Origin: Perkinsus chesapeaki ATCC PRA-425
Lineage: Eukaryota; Protista; Perkinsozoa
Direction of reading: 5' to 3'
Assembly: GCA_013115145.1 (NCBI GenBank)
Contig: JAAPAO010000110.1
Location: 10,564 to 74,563, forward strand
Length of the DNA stretch: 64,000 nucleotides
The position numbers were made by a program, and so were the translations under genes. Of this stretch, positions 24,275-35,126 are shown piece after piece (positions within the stretch are counted from its first letter, which is position 1; every line of letters starts with the position of its first letter). Under the pieces are notes generated by a model, which did no database searches, was not told where the DNA came from, and saw only the letters and a list, made by a program, of their open reading frames with translations.

Positions 24275-26714
24275 TCAACCACCGTAGCCTACCTGAAGCA
24301 CATGAGGCTGAGTTATCTTATTAGCTCCACCCAGATGCTTATCGTAATGCGATCCTCCTCCTTTATTCTGGTAATGAAACACGCTAGCATTTGGATCTGG
24401 TTGCTGTGGTGATGGTTGAGGCGGCATCATTCGGTCGTAGGGACCAGCATTGCCCTGATGGCTGTGATCGGGCATGTGGGGTTTGACGTGCTGCTCTCTT
24501 GTTGGCGGGGTTGGATGCGAGCCGGTAGTTGGAGGATAACCCTTACCAAAGCCTTTACCTATAATATAGGATTGATGTAATAATAAAAACTATATATAAC
24601 AATATATATAATATATAAATGTAATGATATAAAAATAATATATAAATGTAATGATATGAAAATAATATATAAATGTAATGATATAAAAATAATATATAAA
24701 TGTAATGATAAAAAAATAATATATAAATGTAATGATAAAAAAATAATATATAAATGTAATGATATGAAAATAATATATAATAGCCTATCCCCTAATGGTC
24801 CCCATGAATAGTACCTTTCCCGGGCCATCCCTTCCCCTTCCCATAAAATCCCTTCCCCATCGCCATCATAGCAGCAAATGCGGCTGGTGGTGGCTGAGGT
24901 GCTTGCTGCATATTCCGAAACTGATGGAGGGCCGGCTCCTCGCCCTGTGGTGGCCACGCTCCTCCTCCTCCTCTTTGGCCATCACGGTTGTTGTTGCCAG
25001 TTGGTGGCCCCCCTGGGGATTGAGGCCACATACTGGAAACAAAAGCTACAATTCAGCTCCAAGCAAGACTCATTCCCTTTAAAGATGTCCAAGTAGACTT
25101 CACTACAACCAAACAGACACGTTAAAATGAGGCATGATAGTTGATAATAAAAATTAGAGAATTCACTTCACCACCGAGTTGTCGGTCATGCCCGCTTGGC
25201 CTTCGTTTGACGCGGCCACATAGCATACCTAGCAAGGATCATTGGAACTCGACAGTGCTGACAAAGCCATACATATCCATTCCGCAGGTAACAACACCTA
25301 GAGCACCGACGAAGGAATCGTGGGTCTCGAACCAACCTAAAATGAATCTTTCGACCTCAACCTGGTAGAGCCCTATACCGCTGTTATGGAGGCCCTGGAC
25401 TGCCAATAGAAGACTTTTGACGGCGAGCTGTAATTGGGCTGATTCCTGCTCAGCATTATGGCCAATCTCCCCTTGCAAGGCCACCTGCCAACGCATTAAT
25501 AAACAACATATAACTGATGTCCTTCTCAATGTTGGAGCATCTTGACCGATGTAATCGAACTACTTTGTCGCAGATTTTCTTCATTTTGCGGGATAATTAT
25601 TTACCATCCCCAACTAGTTGATCAACTCAGTGGCGGTGAGATATACGGTGTATATTATACACAAAGATCGAGCGGACTTCGGTATCACGATATTATCCAC
25701 ACTTACTTCTTGACGATATTTCTTATAAGCCATTGCAAAGTTGACAAGATGCATCAATGTGAAGAACTTCATACACAGCTTGAGGGTATCAGCAGGCTTA
25801 CTGTCACGTCTGACCTACCAACACCTCGCCTATCGCCCCAAAACTGTCCAATACTCCTCACCAATCCAAGCTTCTGAAGCCATAGGACCCGGTCAGTCAA
25901 CAGGAAGGCCACCAGTAGAGTTTTGCTGGCCACGCCAAGAGTCCTGTCGAACTCGGACTTCTTTTTGAATTCGCTTGGAATTGTCGGTATGACCGCAAGC
26001 TCCTTGAACCACCTGCAAGGAAGGGTATCTTTGGCGTATCTTTTATAGTGCGGTAACCTGAAGGTGCGTCTACTGTCGCCCAGCAATCCTTGTACTAGTT
26101 TAATCTGCTTGTACAGCTCCTTACTGGCGGGGTCACTAGACTCGAGCAAGATACCACCGCACATGCGAGCAAAGTATCTTAGGGGTATCTTAGGTTGAAG
26201 CGCGAATTCTGCCTTACTGAGCTCCTCTGAGTAACTTGTCTTTAACCTCAAGTCTAGCAAGTTGGCTATTAACCACAGCCAATGACACAGGCACCAATTC
26301 CAGCTGGGAACCATCTGCTTGGGAAGCCATTAGAGATTTCACCGTACACAAATCACTGCAGAGAAGTTTCAAAGAGACTGTCTTTTTAAGGAATGCAATA
26401 ATAATATAATAATATGAAATAGTTTATGGGATGAGGAGTGCTTCAAAGAGAAAGACCAATATTTAATATAGAAGCAGAAGGCTTTCACGTAAATCATCTT
26501 TGTAACTAGAGCAATAGTGAAGATCTCACCCCGTACAGAGTTGATAGACTTCATGGAACCAATTTTGAAGCTCAGCTGTCCGCGTTATTTTAAGCGGAGA
26601 CTTCCCTTTCAACAAGCATCGGATAGGTAAATCTTGCATGACTTGCATAACAAGCAATTCCTCAACGCTTCCTTCATCTGCCGTTCGAAGAGTTACGGGA
26701 CACTCTATGTACAA
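24275..26714 (-). CDS. Hypothetical multi-exon gene(s) ending in a Pro/Gln/Gly-rich, GKG-repeat tail
   Basis: Several ORF segments with GT-AG boundaries; the splice 24559-24814 keeps frame (WPGK|GKGFGKGYPP). May be more than one gene. Confidence 0.4.
24608..24780. repeat. Intronic minisatellite, 27-bp unit ATAATATATAAATGTAATGATATAAAA, about 6.4 copies
   Basis: Direct tandem units inside intron 24559-24814; accounts for the spurious IIFISLHLY repeat ORF. Confidence 0.95.
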
Positions 26715-29700
26715 AAGTAGCAGTCAACAATCACAGAAAGCTGGTGGGAAGGCCTCTGCTACCGCTCCGGCGCCAATAGGGTTATCCGACGAGATATTGT
26801 CGAATATGGCCGTGGGTAAGGTGTTCAAAGATGCTACGAAAAGGGTAAGATACCAATAATTTGAGGGAAATATGGTATGAAAAGTCAGGTGAATAGCATA
26901 GATTTCACCTCTGATGGAAGATATCTCATTGCTAGTAGCGACGATGAAAGTGTCAGTATCTACGACACGGAAAAAGGTACTTCAGACTTGCCGGTTTTCG
27001 CCCTTTTTATCCGCCTGCAGGTTCCAGACATAAGATGCTTTATTCTCGCAAATATGGTTGTGATAATATACAGTTTGTACATAGTGGAACTAACTCTGCC
27101 CTTTGCTCCAGTCGAGTGGATTTTGATCGTAAGCATTGGTGTTATTTTTGACCTATAAAGCATCTTTTTGTATTCGACCTTGAACGTATCTTTCTCAGAT
27201 TCCTTGAGGTATTGGGATCTCTATGAGAATAAATTCCTCCGCTACTTCAAGGGACACACCGGTCCCGTATCTTCGCTGAAAGTCCACCCGTAAGCCGACG
27301 GTCGAATGGAATATTGACATTTAAATGATATTGATCTTTACTTATATTTCGAGATGTACGCATTGAAGGTACGAAGACCAATTCTTGTCTACTTCGCTGA
27401 GCACAGCAAGTGGTGGCGATTCTACGTGCCTTATGTGGGACCTACGAAAGGAGAAGCCTGTGGCGAGGGTATATAGTCAGGAACAGATCACCAAAGGTAG
27501 TAAAAGGTTGATGGGGTAGAAACGGCACTTTACACTGTAAATAACATCACGCGTAAATTGGAGGCACAGTTCTCGCTAGGAAATTCTCTAGCAGTCTATT
27601 CCGTTAATCTATAAATCTGATTGAGCTCTGATAGTTCTGAGATTACCTTGGCAATATGCATACCTGCTGGATATCTAACGGATTCGAGACTGTTAACTAT
27701 GACTCTGACAAGAATACAGTATTGAAGTACATCTGGGGATGCCATTCTTGATTAGAGAGTCATCATACCAGGTCGAAATTCGACCCACGGATACGCTTAG
27801 TCCAAACTAGTTGACCAGTTGAGAAAAATATTGATGTTGACCTGCTATTATTTTTCAGGGAGCTCTACCGCTAATCTTGGCGGTCCTTGTGCAACCTATG
27901 ATACCCAAGGCCTGGTGTTCGCAGTATCAAGCTCGACACCAACTGGTGATGGTAGGAAGCCGATTGCTAAAGTGCATATGTTTGATAATCGTCAATTTGA
28001 AAGGGTAGTATCCTGGGGAGTTCGAATCGGTGAGTGTGTGGTAATCAGAAGCTCCTATTGCCTGAACCACTTTGACATGGTCATGGAGGGTTGGTAAAAT
28101 AACTCCACTGCGGTTTTATTGAAAAGCTAATGCTTCATAGAGCGTTTTTAAAGTACTGACTATATACGATGCCCTGGCATCATGACTCTAGTATGTCGAT
28201 AGTTCGGTCAATCTAGGAAACCCCCCAGTGGTATATAGCCCATTTGGCTCGCCCGAATCTGATACACTGATGCGTTATCCACATTTAACTTCCTTGATGG
28301 GCGGTAACGCTCTACCTTATGTACAAGTTTTGCTCCGTGAGGTAACGCGTTCATTCCGTCGACCTACTAAGAAATCAAAATTAACGTCTGATAAACGAGA
28401 CTCATTATCAGTCGCAAGTTGCGACTCGCAGCTTGCGACCTGAATGAGGAAAACCTCGTTTTCTCAGCTCTCGACTCCTCAGCCAGTTCTTTGCTTGTTT
28501 CTTCCGTCTGGCAAGCGGTGGAAGAGTTATCCGGCCTCGCTAGAGAGCCGAAGCTTTTAATAGATGTATGCGATATCCGAGTTTCACGCACAAATCGGGT
28601 ATTATGAAAAGGAAAAAATAGGGCACATCTTCAGGAATTTCTAAGAACGGAACATCAAAATACGAGTCGAAGCCCTTGGCAGGCACTCCGCAATGGAGCC
28701 TCCATTGTTACCCAATAGATGGGAGACAAAGCGGAGCGCCGGCTGCGGAGCGTAGCTGGGCTACGGTACGCGAGGTTGCGGCGAGAGACATCTGCTGAAA
28801 GCCGGCTTCGTTCATATGATGCGATGGCATTTTTTCTCGAAATTATCACTTGTTGTGTGAGCCTTCTCGCACCGTCCCAACGTCCCGGCCGTTCAAGAGT
28901 CTTGAACGTCTTGGATCAAGACTCGAATGTCGAGTTATTTCGTCGCAGAGTAACGGCATCTCTACAATGCTTTGTCATGGTGGCTGGGTGCACTGCTGGT
29001 GGCTCAGACGAAGAGGTGCTCGCTCTACTATTCCCGGATGTGAGAAGACTTAATACATTGACGCGAATGCATTACGCCACGAGCAATTGTCTGAATCGTA
29101 TAGTGGGATGCAATACGATCGTATAGTAGTCCATACCGGACTACACGAACTCATGCCTGTGGATCAACAGTGGGAGATAGAGGCGCGGCCGGATAAAAAG
29201 CTACTACAGCATACATAACGACACGTGGGTACCTCTGTCGGACACAATCTTCGAACCCCTCGCGGGGGAATGGCCGATTTCAGCATGGCAAACAGTACTT
29301 TCGATTGTGTCACATTGGACCAGGGAAAGGCAACGTACTAAAGTGACACAAGTACGCTGGCTTCAGTGTATATTACCAAATTGAATGGCCGCGCAAGTCG
29401 CCCGACTTGAACCCTATTGACTACGGCGTTCGGTTCATGCTAAAAGTTGGTCAGAGAAGCGCGCTCCAACGTAAAGATCGAAGATTGAAAGCTAGTCGTC
29501 CCTCTGTGCTTCGTGGACATGAAATTTCCGTCATTTGATGTATCCAAACTAACCGCTTATGACTTCACATCTCCGGAAAGGTCTCAACGACTCCCTTCTC
29601 TCTTCGCAGAGCTCTCTGCCTATCTGGCCCAAAACTGCTCTTCGGTACACCCAGATTAACAACACGTGGTATACAGAATGTGTGGGAACGCATCAAGTTT

Positions 29701-30699
29701 CATCGATTAAAATGATGCTGAGGAGCACATGTACAGCATAGCGACTCGTTATCGGCGAGGATGGATGAAAAGGTGTATCAGAGCCTGTTGAGGTCATCTT
29801 TTTCCCATGTCAACTCTCATGTCTCAACTCTTGCTAATGATGGTGTTCTTGGTACCGTTGGGCGCAATGCCTCAGCAGTGCTGAGTCAGGACGCCTCATC
29901 ACACCACTAGGTGTCACACCTGGTGGGTAACAAAAATGTCAGCAATTCAGCCTATTTGGCAATAAGTGTTTTCATATCGCATAGTATTAGAACTATATTT
30001 CTAATAGGAGGGAGCCGCTCTCATTAAGGTAGCATGTTGTTTTTGTAGGGTGAATTCGAGGCATTCGACTTGTCTACGTTCACACAAGGCTCTCCTTTAA
30101 GGTCCATGTTGTTCTCACCATGTGGAAAGTAATACAGTCCGCGCCATTGCTCGCCCAACTATTCTCAGGTATCTTCTATGCTCTACTGCAGCAGGCGATC
30201 TCTTTGCAATTGATTCCTTTTCGGGGCGTCTGCGAGCTGCTTATAAATTTGACAGTGTCCATCTGCAGTCCGGCTCGCAGACCTTCAAGAGCCTTCCCGA
30301 AAGGGACGGATTAAGGCCTACTTTTTCTCCTGATGCTCGGTGGGTGTCAGTAGCGTTCCTGGTCTCGAGCGTATTAAGTTTAGATATGTCCTTTGTGGTG
30401 TTCCGGGCGGCAGCATATATATCTGGCCAATATTGAGCAAGGCAGCGCAGGAGCAAGCCATGAGCGAGGACCCAGCGAACGTCCAAGCTTGCGAGCCTAA
30501 GCCAGTTGGAATACTAAAGGGGCACTCTGGATATCCTAGATGTGTTAAGTTCTCGCCAACGAGATCTCTGATAGCATCCGCGGCCGCAGCGGTTGCTTTA
30601 TGGATACCTAAGCAGTTTACGGCGCCAATAGGGACACAGACGGATCCAGTGGCGATAGCTAAGCAACAGGTTATAAGGGACACAGGATATGCGTGTTAA
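26707..30699 (+). CDS. WDR82: WD40-repeat protein WDR82/Swd2 (multi-exon, with a ~2-kb intron)
   Basis: NMAVGKVFKD..VNSIDFTSDGRYLIASSDDESVSIYD; LRYWDLYENKFLRYFKGH; YDTQGLVFAV; FSPCGKYLLCST..DSFSG; PTFSPDAR; GHSGYPRCVKFSP..SAAAAVALWIP. Confidence 0.88.
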
Positions 30700-31106
30700 C
30701 GTATGAGAAGGCAGCTTAGTCTGACCTCGCCGGGACCGGGAGGTCAATTGAATTGCCTAGTAAACTAGCCGTAGAGTTGACCCAATTGAACGGCTAGTTT
30801 ACTAGGCTTATAGGGAACTGTGGGGAAAAGAGCAATACAAAAAAATATTTCCCCTAAAGAGAATGCAGAACTCCTTTATTTCGCGTCGAGCAGTTCTCGG
30901 TTACGACTGGAATTCATTCTTAGTGTTTCGACTAGCGATCGAAGCGATCCTCTTTCAGGTCACTCTGGGCTATTAACCATGGTCAGCCTAAACCCGATAA
31001 CGTTTTCTGTAACCATTTCTTCTATAATCGTATTTTAATATTACTTCGCTTTGAGTTTCCAGTCTCTCAGTAGCTTTGTCTCCAGCAGTGCACTGTGCCA
31101 TTCTTC

Positions 31107-32017
31107 ATGCCGTATTCTGTCCTGGTAGCCGGCACCCCTGGTGTAGGCAAGTCGACGTTCTCGAGGGAACTTGCGGCGGCTATTGGAGACTGCCGCGTTA
31201 TAGAGCTCGGCAAGACTAGTAATAAATACATTGAGCACGCATGAAGCTAATATACGTTTTAGTTGCGGCTGAGCATTTGTATAGTGAGTGGGATGATGAG
31301 CATAATTGTAGCATATTTGATGAGGAGGCAGTTGAGCAGCATCTTGGGAATCTCGGAGTTTTCGGCAAGGAGAATGTCGTTGTGGATTTCCATTCACCCG
31401 ACTTCCTGCCTTCAGAATGGTACTAACAGGATGGATTAGGGAGCAAGTGGTGACATATTACAGCACAGTTCGCAAGGTGTTGCTGACATCGTGGGCATAT
31501 CGTGCTCTCCTATATATAGAGACTACTCGCGAGTTTGATGTGAAATATGTTACTAATGAAAGAATGAATAACCGTCGTAGTCGCATTACTTCGGAACTTC
31601 GGTATGCCTTTATATTTTGCAAGTCGTTACTTGTAGCATCGGGTCAGTTTTAATCCCGTATCACCGTTTAGTTTGGGAGTGTTGTTTCGGTTATGGTGTC
31701 AACTGTCAGGTTCGACGTGGTGGTAGTTTTGCGGTGTTCAACGGAGGCATTGTGGTCTCGATTGGAGCAACGCCATTACACCGAGGAGAAAATAAAGGAG
31801 AACGTGGAGTGTGAGATTTTCCAGACGGTAAGGTCCGGTTGGTTGAGGTGATTGGTTCCTATTCTAAGGACTCGAGTTCGATCCCTGCGTTCAGATTCTT
31901 GACGATTGTCGAGAGCACTTCGGGAATGAGAAGGTGTTGGAGCTGCAGAGCGTTTCTATCGACGACATAGCTAAGAATGTACAAAGCGTCCTGGCCAAGC
32001 TAGGCAAGGCACAATGA
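31107..32017 (+). CDS. AK6: Adenylate kinase 6 / Fap7 (hCINAP), multi-exon
   Basis: VLVAGTPGVGKST P-loop, VVVDFHSPDFLPSEW (xxDxH motif), FDVVVVLRCSTEALWSRLEQRHYTEEKIKENVECEIFQT. Confidence 0.92.
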
Positions 32018-32148
32018 ACATTACCATCTATTACTGTTCCTTTGCTAAATACGTACCTTCATATGGGCCTTGAGTTGACCTAATTTGTATCTTGCATCCA
32101 TGAACCTGAGATTCTCGGCAGTTTCTATTGTTCCCGTTTCGATATCTT

Positions 32149-34947
32149 ATGTCAAGTCCTGTGGAGTCGGCGGTCCCCTCGACTGCACCAAATTCATTGC
32201 CGCAGGAGTCAGTGAATGGCAGTTCTCATCGGCGACGGGCATATTGGGGCAAAGGGAAGGGTCGGCGGAGCGAAGCGATTCGTGTTTCGCAAAATAGTGA
32301 TGATGGCACGCCGCAGCATGAAGAAGCTCGAGGCAAGGGCCGTAGAGGGTATTGGGGAAAGGGAAAAGGGGGCAGTGGAAAAGCTCGGCCGACTGAGGTC
32401 GAGTCGAGCTCCTCTGCTCCAGAGGGTGGCGAGGGGAGAAAGGAAAGGTCAAAAGGCCGACGGAGGAATAAGAAGGATGTTACTGTGGTGGACAACAATG
32501 GTGCTGATGGAGAGGTTGGGTCGGTGCCTGGTGGTAAGAAAGCAGCTGGTAAGGGTCATGTGGAGTGGGCTAAGCAGAATCGATACAAGGGACGGAGACG
32601 AGGCGTCAGCTTCAACCCGACAGGGAGCGAACTGGTCGATACCCTTTTGTACCAATTGGAAGGCAAAGGCAGTTACGATTGTATGATTTGCATGACGAAG
32701 ATCGGCCGACGTGCCAAGGTGTGGCAATGTCGTGAGGGTTGTTGGGCGATATTTCACGCCAAATGTATAGAGCAATGGGCTGCCTCGGCTCACAGTGAAT
32801 TTGCCACTTTTCGTTGTCCAGGGTGCCAGAAGGAGCATACGGACGCGAGGCCGATCAGTTGCTACTGTGAGGGTGGCATCGCTATGTTTGATTCCCATAG
32901 TTGCGGTCAACAGTGCCAGCGAAAGAGAGCGTGCGGTCATGCGTGTAGATTCATGTGTCATCCAGGGCCGTGCCCACCCTGTGAAGAGGTAGTTGGCGAA
33001 GTGGCCTGCCATTGTGGCAAGGAGGTCAGAAAGGATGTGAAGTGCCATGAGAATCTGGAGGGTTGGAGCTGCGGTGAAGTCTGTGGTAGGCTGATGCCGT
33101 GTGGAGTTCACCATTGCACTAGGACCTGCCACGCCGGGGAGTGTGGTGGCTGCGAGGTCGTGTTGAAGGATGTGACCTGCTATTGCGGCAAGCACCGGTC
33201 CGATGAGATAAAATGTGACCGACTCTCTCTGGGCTCATGGACATGTGGTGATGTTTGTGACAAGTTGCTGGCTTGTGGTAACCATCACTGCACCCTCCCT
33301 TGTCATGCTGGACCATGCCCGAGCTGTCCCTTGGACCCGAGAGCTATCGGAGCCACTCGGTGTGCGTGTGGTAAAACGGCCGCGGTTACCGGTGCTGAAC
33401 CGAGGAGGAGCTGTGTTGACCCTCTTCCGACTTGCGGCAAGATTTGCGCCAAGCCGCTGCCATGCGGGCATCTCTGTCCTAAGAAATGTCACAACGGTCC
33501 GTGCGATGATGAGAAGTGCGAGGAGATGGTAGAGCTCACTTGTGTTTGCGGAAAGACGAGACGGCTGATGCCGTGCTGGGAGGCAACGACGATGACGGGA
33601 CCGATGAAGTGCCATAAAAAATGCAATGCTTTGAAGTCCTGCGGAAAGCACCGGTGCAACGTGGTCTGCTGCCCCGGCGGACCAGATGCACATTTCTGCA
33701 CTCAAGTGTGTGGCAAGCTCCTGAACTGTGGTAAGCATCATTGCGATTACCCCTGCCATCTCGGTAAGTGTCGGCCATGCGCCCATGTCAGCTACGAGAC
33801 CCAGTACTGCTACTGTGGGCACGCCTCTCGGGATCCACCGATCCCTTGTGGAACTCCCCCGCCCTACTGTGACCGGCCATGCTCGAGGCCGCGGTCCTGT
33901 GGTCATCCCTGCCCACTGAAATGCCACTACGGTCCATGTCCTTTATGCACTGTACTCGTCGACAAGGAGTGTGGTGGCGGCCACGGAGCGATCAGGAGGG
34001 TGCCGTGTCACGTCACAAACGTGAGCTGCGGCTCTCCTTGTGGCAAAATGCTGCCCTGCGGTCGACATTGGTGTCAACGAACTTGCCATGGTGGGCCGTG
34101 TCTGGCTGAGGGCAAGAGTTGCGAACAGAAGTGTTTCAAACCTCGACCGTCCTGCGGGCATCCCTGCAACGAGGTCTGTCATGACGGACCGTGCCCAAAT
34201 ACGAAATGCAAGGCCACGGTGACTGTATCCTGTCCGTGTGGGAGGCGAAGGGAGTTGCGGCCATGTGGTCTCCTGCCGAGTGACGTGGACAACGCTCCTG
34301 AGGAGCTAGAGTGTACAAAGGAATGTGAGGATGAGATGCGGCAGGCTCAACTGAGGCTCGCATTTGCCTTTGGTGACAACACTGGCTCCGACGAGCACTA
34401 CTCTGGCGATCTGGTCAGCTTGGCGGAAAAGAACGCTGAATGGCTAGCCGGCATGGAGAAGCACTTGACAACGGCGGTGGTCCAGAGGCCGGTGTCGATG
34501 ACCTTACCTCCGATCAAGGACCGTGAGCGCATACAACTCCTACTGGACTATGCCCAGCAGAACTACAGACTAGAGTGCATTGCAGATGCAGATGGTGTTG
34601 TTACTTTACACTGGGTGACGGGTGCTCGGAGACCACATCCAACACTTAGCGAGGTTATTGCAATGGAGCCCCCCTCGACTAGGTTGCCTTATACGATTGA
34701 CTTTGATCCACAAGCCTGCCCAAGGATTGTAGTTGAAACTGGCTCTGGAGCTGCTAGCTTACGAGGAGAAGTGTATAAGAGACTGAGGGATTGGCTTGGT
34801 CAGTTCAGATGCCGACGAGATGGTCGAAATTTATTGATTGAATTCACGTCTGAAAAGGCAGCTCGAGAGGCTTTTAGACACTTGAAGACGACACTTGACA
34901 GCTCTGTCATCAGCCCACTGGAACACGCATATCTCGAAAACGCCTAA
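32149..34947 (+). CDS. NFX1: NF-X1-type zinc-finger protein (RING/PHD, tandem NF-X1 repeats, R3H-like tail), single exon
   Basis: CMICMTKI...WQCREGCWAIFHAKCIEQWA RING; many CG.H.C...CH.G.C repeats. First ATG at 32149. Confidence 0.9.
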   Translation: MSSPVESAVPSTAPNSLPQESVNGSSHRRRAYWGKGKGRRSEAIRVSQNSDDGTPQHEEARGKGRRGYWGKGKGGSGKARPTEVESSSSAPEGGEGRKERSKGRRRNKKDVTVVDNNGADGEVGSVPGGKKAAGKGHVEWAKQNRYKGRRRGVSFNPTGSELVDTLLYQLEGKGSYDCMICMTKIGRRAKVWQCREGCWAIFHAKCIEQWAASAHSEFATFRCPGCQKEHTDARPISCYCEGGIAMFDSHSCGQQCQRKRACGHACRFMCHPGPCPPCEEVVGEVACHCGKEVRKDVKCHENLEGWSCGEVCGRLMPCGVHHCTRTCHAGECGGCEVVLKDVTCYCGKHRSDEIKCDRLSLGSWTCGDVCDKLLACGNHHCTLPCHAGPCPSCPLDPRAIGATRCACGKTAAVTGAEPRRSCVDPLPTCGKICAKPLPCGHLCPKKCHNGPCDDEKCEEMVELTCVCGKTRRLMPCWEATTMTGPMKCHKKCNALKSCGKHRCNVVCCPGGPDAHFCTQVCGKLLNCGKHHCDYPCHLGKCRPCAHVSYETQYCYCGHASRDPPIPCGTPPPYCDRPCSRPRSCGHPCPLKCHYGPCPLCTVLVDKECGGGHGAIRRVPCHVTNVSCGSPCGKMLPCGRHWCQRTCHGGPCLAEGKSCEQKCFKPRPSCGHPCNEVCHDGPCPNTKCKATVTVSCPCGRRRELRPCGLLPSDVDNAPEELECTKECEDEMRQAQLRLAFAFGDNTGSDEHYSGDLVSLAEKNAEWLAGMEKHLTTAVVQRPVSMTLPPIKDRERIQLLLDYAQQNYRLECIADADGVVTLHWVTGARRPHPTLSEVIAMEPPSTRLPYTIDFDPQACPRIVVETGSGAASLRGEVYKRLRDWLGQFRCRRDGRNLLIEFTSEKAAREAFRHLKTTLDSSVISPLEHAYLENA

Positions 34948-35126
34948 ATCGAGCAACAGTGTGTTTATGGCCAAAAGGGGAGAGTTCCCACTAGTATCGT
35001 CATCCTCTTTACTGTTGCATTATTGATTCTCTTATCCATTTATTTTGGGTTAGCATCCTCTCTACCTTCACTAGCAGCCTTATTTATTCTGTTACTCGGT
35101 TCCTCCTTGTTCGAGGGTAATAATCG

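Noticed and set aside
24559-24957. ORF with IIFISLHLY repeats
   Set aside because: Translation of the intronic 27-bp minisatellite, not a protein repeat.
25239-25529. Similarity to the Trf4/TUTase central domain
   Set aside because: Too loose; no GS..DxD catalytic motif identified in upstream exons.
31828-31894. B-box-like GAGTTCGATCC in an AK6 intron
   Set aside because: No pairing T-stem, acceptor strand or T-run; could be a very old tRNA relic but is not supportable alone.
32147-34363. Many overlapping antisense or alternate-frame ORFs over NFX1 (and over gag-pol)
   Set aside because: Shadow ORFs expected from long GC-rich coding sequence; no independent motifs.
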